Sequence record: SRR31156797_967
Direction: 5' to 3' (one strand)
Length of the DNA stretch: 20,000 nucleotides
The notes beneath the pieces were generated by a model. The model was not told where the DNA came from. It searched no databases and saw only the letters and a list, made by a program, of their open reading frames with translations. Made by a program: the position numbers and the translations under genes. This document shows positions 15,879 to 20,000 of this stretch, one piece after another. Every line of letters begins with the position of its first letter. Position 1 is the first letter of the stretch.

Positions 15879-17111
15879 ATGAAGAGGAAAAGTTGTAGTC
15901 TGATTATTATTCTAATGCTTACGTTAGCTGGATGCAGAAGTAATTTATCTGATATATTGTTAAGTGATGAAAATCTGACAGAAATATCATTAACACTGTA
16001 TGGAGAAAAAGATACAGTAGTTAACTTTGGAGGTATGTATATTGATGATGGAGTTAAAGCAGTAGATAATGGTAATGACGTAAGTGAATTAGTTATGATA
16101 GATAGTAATCTTGATACAGAAAAAATCGGTAATTACACGATTACTTATGCATATATGAATGAAAAGGCAGTCAGGAATATACAGGTTATTGATACAGAAC
16201 CTCCAGTTATGAAATTAGTCGGATACAATCATATGTTTCTTCCAATGGGTATAGAGTATGAAGAGGCAGGTTATAGTGCCATAGATAATTATGATGGAGA
16301 TATTACATATAAAGTAGAAGTTATCAATAACGCAGATACGTCAGAATTAGGAGAATATACCGTCACTTATCGTATAGAAGACAGCAGCGGCAACTGTACA
16401 GAGATGCAGAGAAAAATATCAGTAGTTGATTCACCTCTTTCAGATGATTTAGCTGATTTTTCACTAGAAGGGTTATTCACAAATACTATAATACCTGAAA
16501 CGATATTAAGTGATGAAGAACTTAAGAAGTATATGGAGGGAACAATAATAATCGGCGATTCCAGAGCGTGTTATTTTATATGGTACGGATTTATACCGAA
16601 AACTAATGTTCTTGGGAATACTTCACTTCATCCGATGAATATTTTTGAAAGAGAGATAAATAATTATGAAACGGAAGAACTTATGTCAACACTAGAATAC
16701 ATTAGCAACAATAAACCAAAGAGGGTTATATTTTCTATGGGAATTGATTGCGTAGGTACTTATCCGATGGAAAATATAGTAGAAGAATATACAAAGTTCT
16801 TAAATATGGCAATAGACGCTTCGCCTGATACAACTTTTATAATACATAATGTAATGCCAGTAAATGGACGATTGGATTACGAAGAGTATGAAGTATGGAT
16901 GCCTGATAATGAAAAAATCAATAGACTAAATTACTATTTAGTTCAAATGTGTGAAGATTTGGGCATCTATTATCTGGATTCTCATAAAGTGCTGAAAAAT
17001 GAATTTGGCTATGGGATACCATGGTATTTTATAGATGATATGATTCATCTTTCAAAAATGGGACAGGAAAAAGTTTTTGAATATATAAAAACACATCCTG
17101 TAATTGAGTAA
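15879..17111 (+). CDS. Lipoprotein with two Ig-like (DUF5011-type) repeats and a C-terminal SGNH/GDSL hydrolase domain
   Basis: Start likely ATG 15879 (GGAG 6 nt upstream); lipobox LAGC; repeats AVDNGNDVS...GNYTITY and AIDNYDGDIT...GEYTVTY; GDS block I and DMIHL block V. Confidence 0.82.
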   Translation: MKRKSCSLIIILMLTLAGCRSNLSDILLSDENLTEISLTLYGEKDTVVNFGGMYIDDGVKAVDNGNDVSELVMIDSNLDTEKIGNYTITYAYMNEKAVRNIQVIDTEPPVMKLVGYNHMFLPMGIEYEEAGYSAIDNYDGDITYKVEVINNADTSELGEYTVTYRIEDSSGNCTEMQRKISVVDSPLSDDLADFSLEGLFTNTIIPETILSDEELKKYMEGTIIIGDSRACYFIWYGFIPKTNVLGNTSLHPMNIFEREINNYETEELMSTLEYISNNKPKRVIFSMGIDCVGTYPMENIVEEYTKFLNMAIDASPDTTFIIHNVMPVNGRLDYEEYEVWMPDNEKINRLNYYLVQMCEDLGIYYLDSHKVLKNEFGYGIPWYFIDDMIHLSKMGQEKVFEYIKTHPVIE

Positions 17112-17267
17112 TGATTTACAGCAGGAGTCTAGGCAGAAGTTTTCATTTGCAATAATTCTATAGTAAATGATTGATTGGTATTTTAACAAAAATGACATTA
17201 ATACTTTAAAAACTAATGATATACTTTCAAATAGTACGAAAAACTACACCATACTATTATTTCTGCC

Positions 17268-17297
17268 TTGACACAAATTACGCAAAGGCTATATAAT
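17268..17297 (+). promoter_or_regulatory. Consensus sigma-A promoter for PFOR
   Basis: TTGACA (17268-17273), 18 nt, TATAAT (17292-17297). Confidence 0.75.
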
Positions 17298-17390
17298 ATG
17301 TAGTTGGATACGACAATTTTATCTAACATATTATTAAAATAATTTATTTAGTTTAGAAGCACAAAAAATGTGTTTATAATATTTATTTAA

Positions 17391-20000
<2,610 letters not shown>

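Overview
AT-rich chromosomal window from an anaerobic Firmicute (Clostridia-like; inferred from gene content, Shine-Dalgarno style and sigma-A promoters). The left part (minus strand) is the conserved OLE locus: a ~590-nt OLE RNA (6187-6777, absent from the ORF track) with its own promoter, followed by oapA-dxs-tlyA-nadK-argR-recN (recN runs off the window). The DXS keeps its ThDP-binding and catalytic residues but has lost both arginines that bind the GAP phosphate. The middle part is accessory: a DUF819-like membrane protein, a GNAT acetyltransferase, and an OmpR-family two-component system preceded by two unusual exported repeat proteins that share a direct-repeat promoter architecture. Next come a GAF/fRMsr protein, a membrane hypothetical, a cytochrome-b-like/FMN-binding fusion paired with a rhodanese lipoprotein, ridA, and an Ig-like/SGNH lipoprotein. 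The right end is pyruvate:ferredoxin oxidoreductase (runs off the window). No tRNA, rRNA, CRISPR array or mobile element was seen. All calls come from reading motifs by eye; no searches were run.
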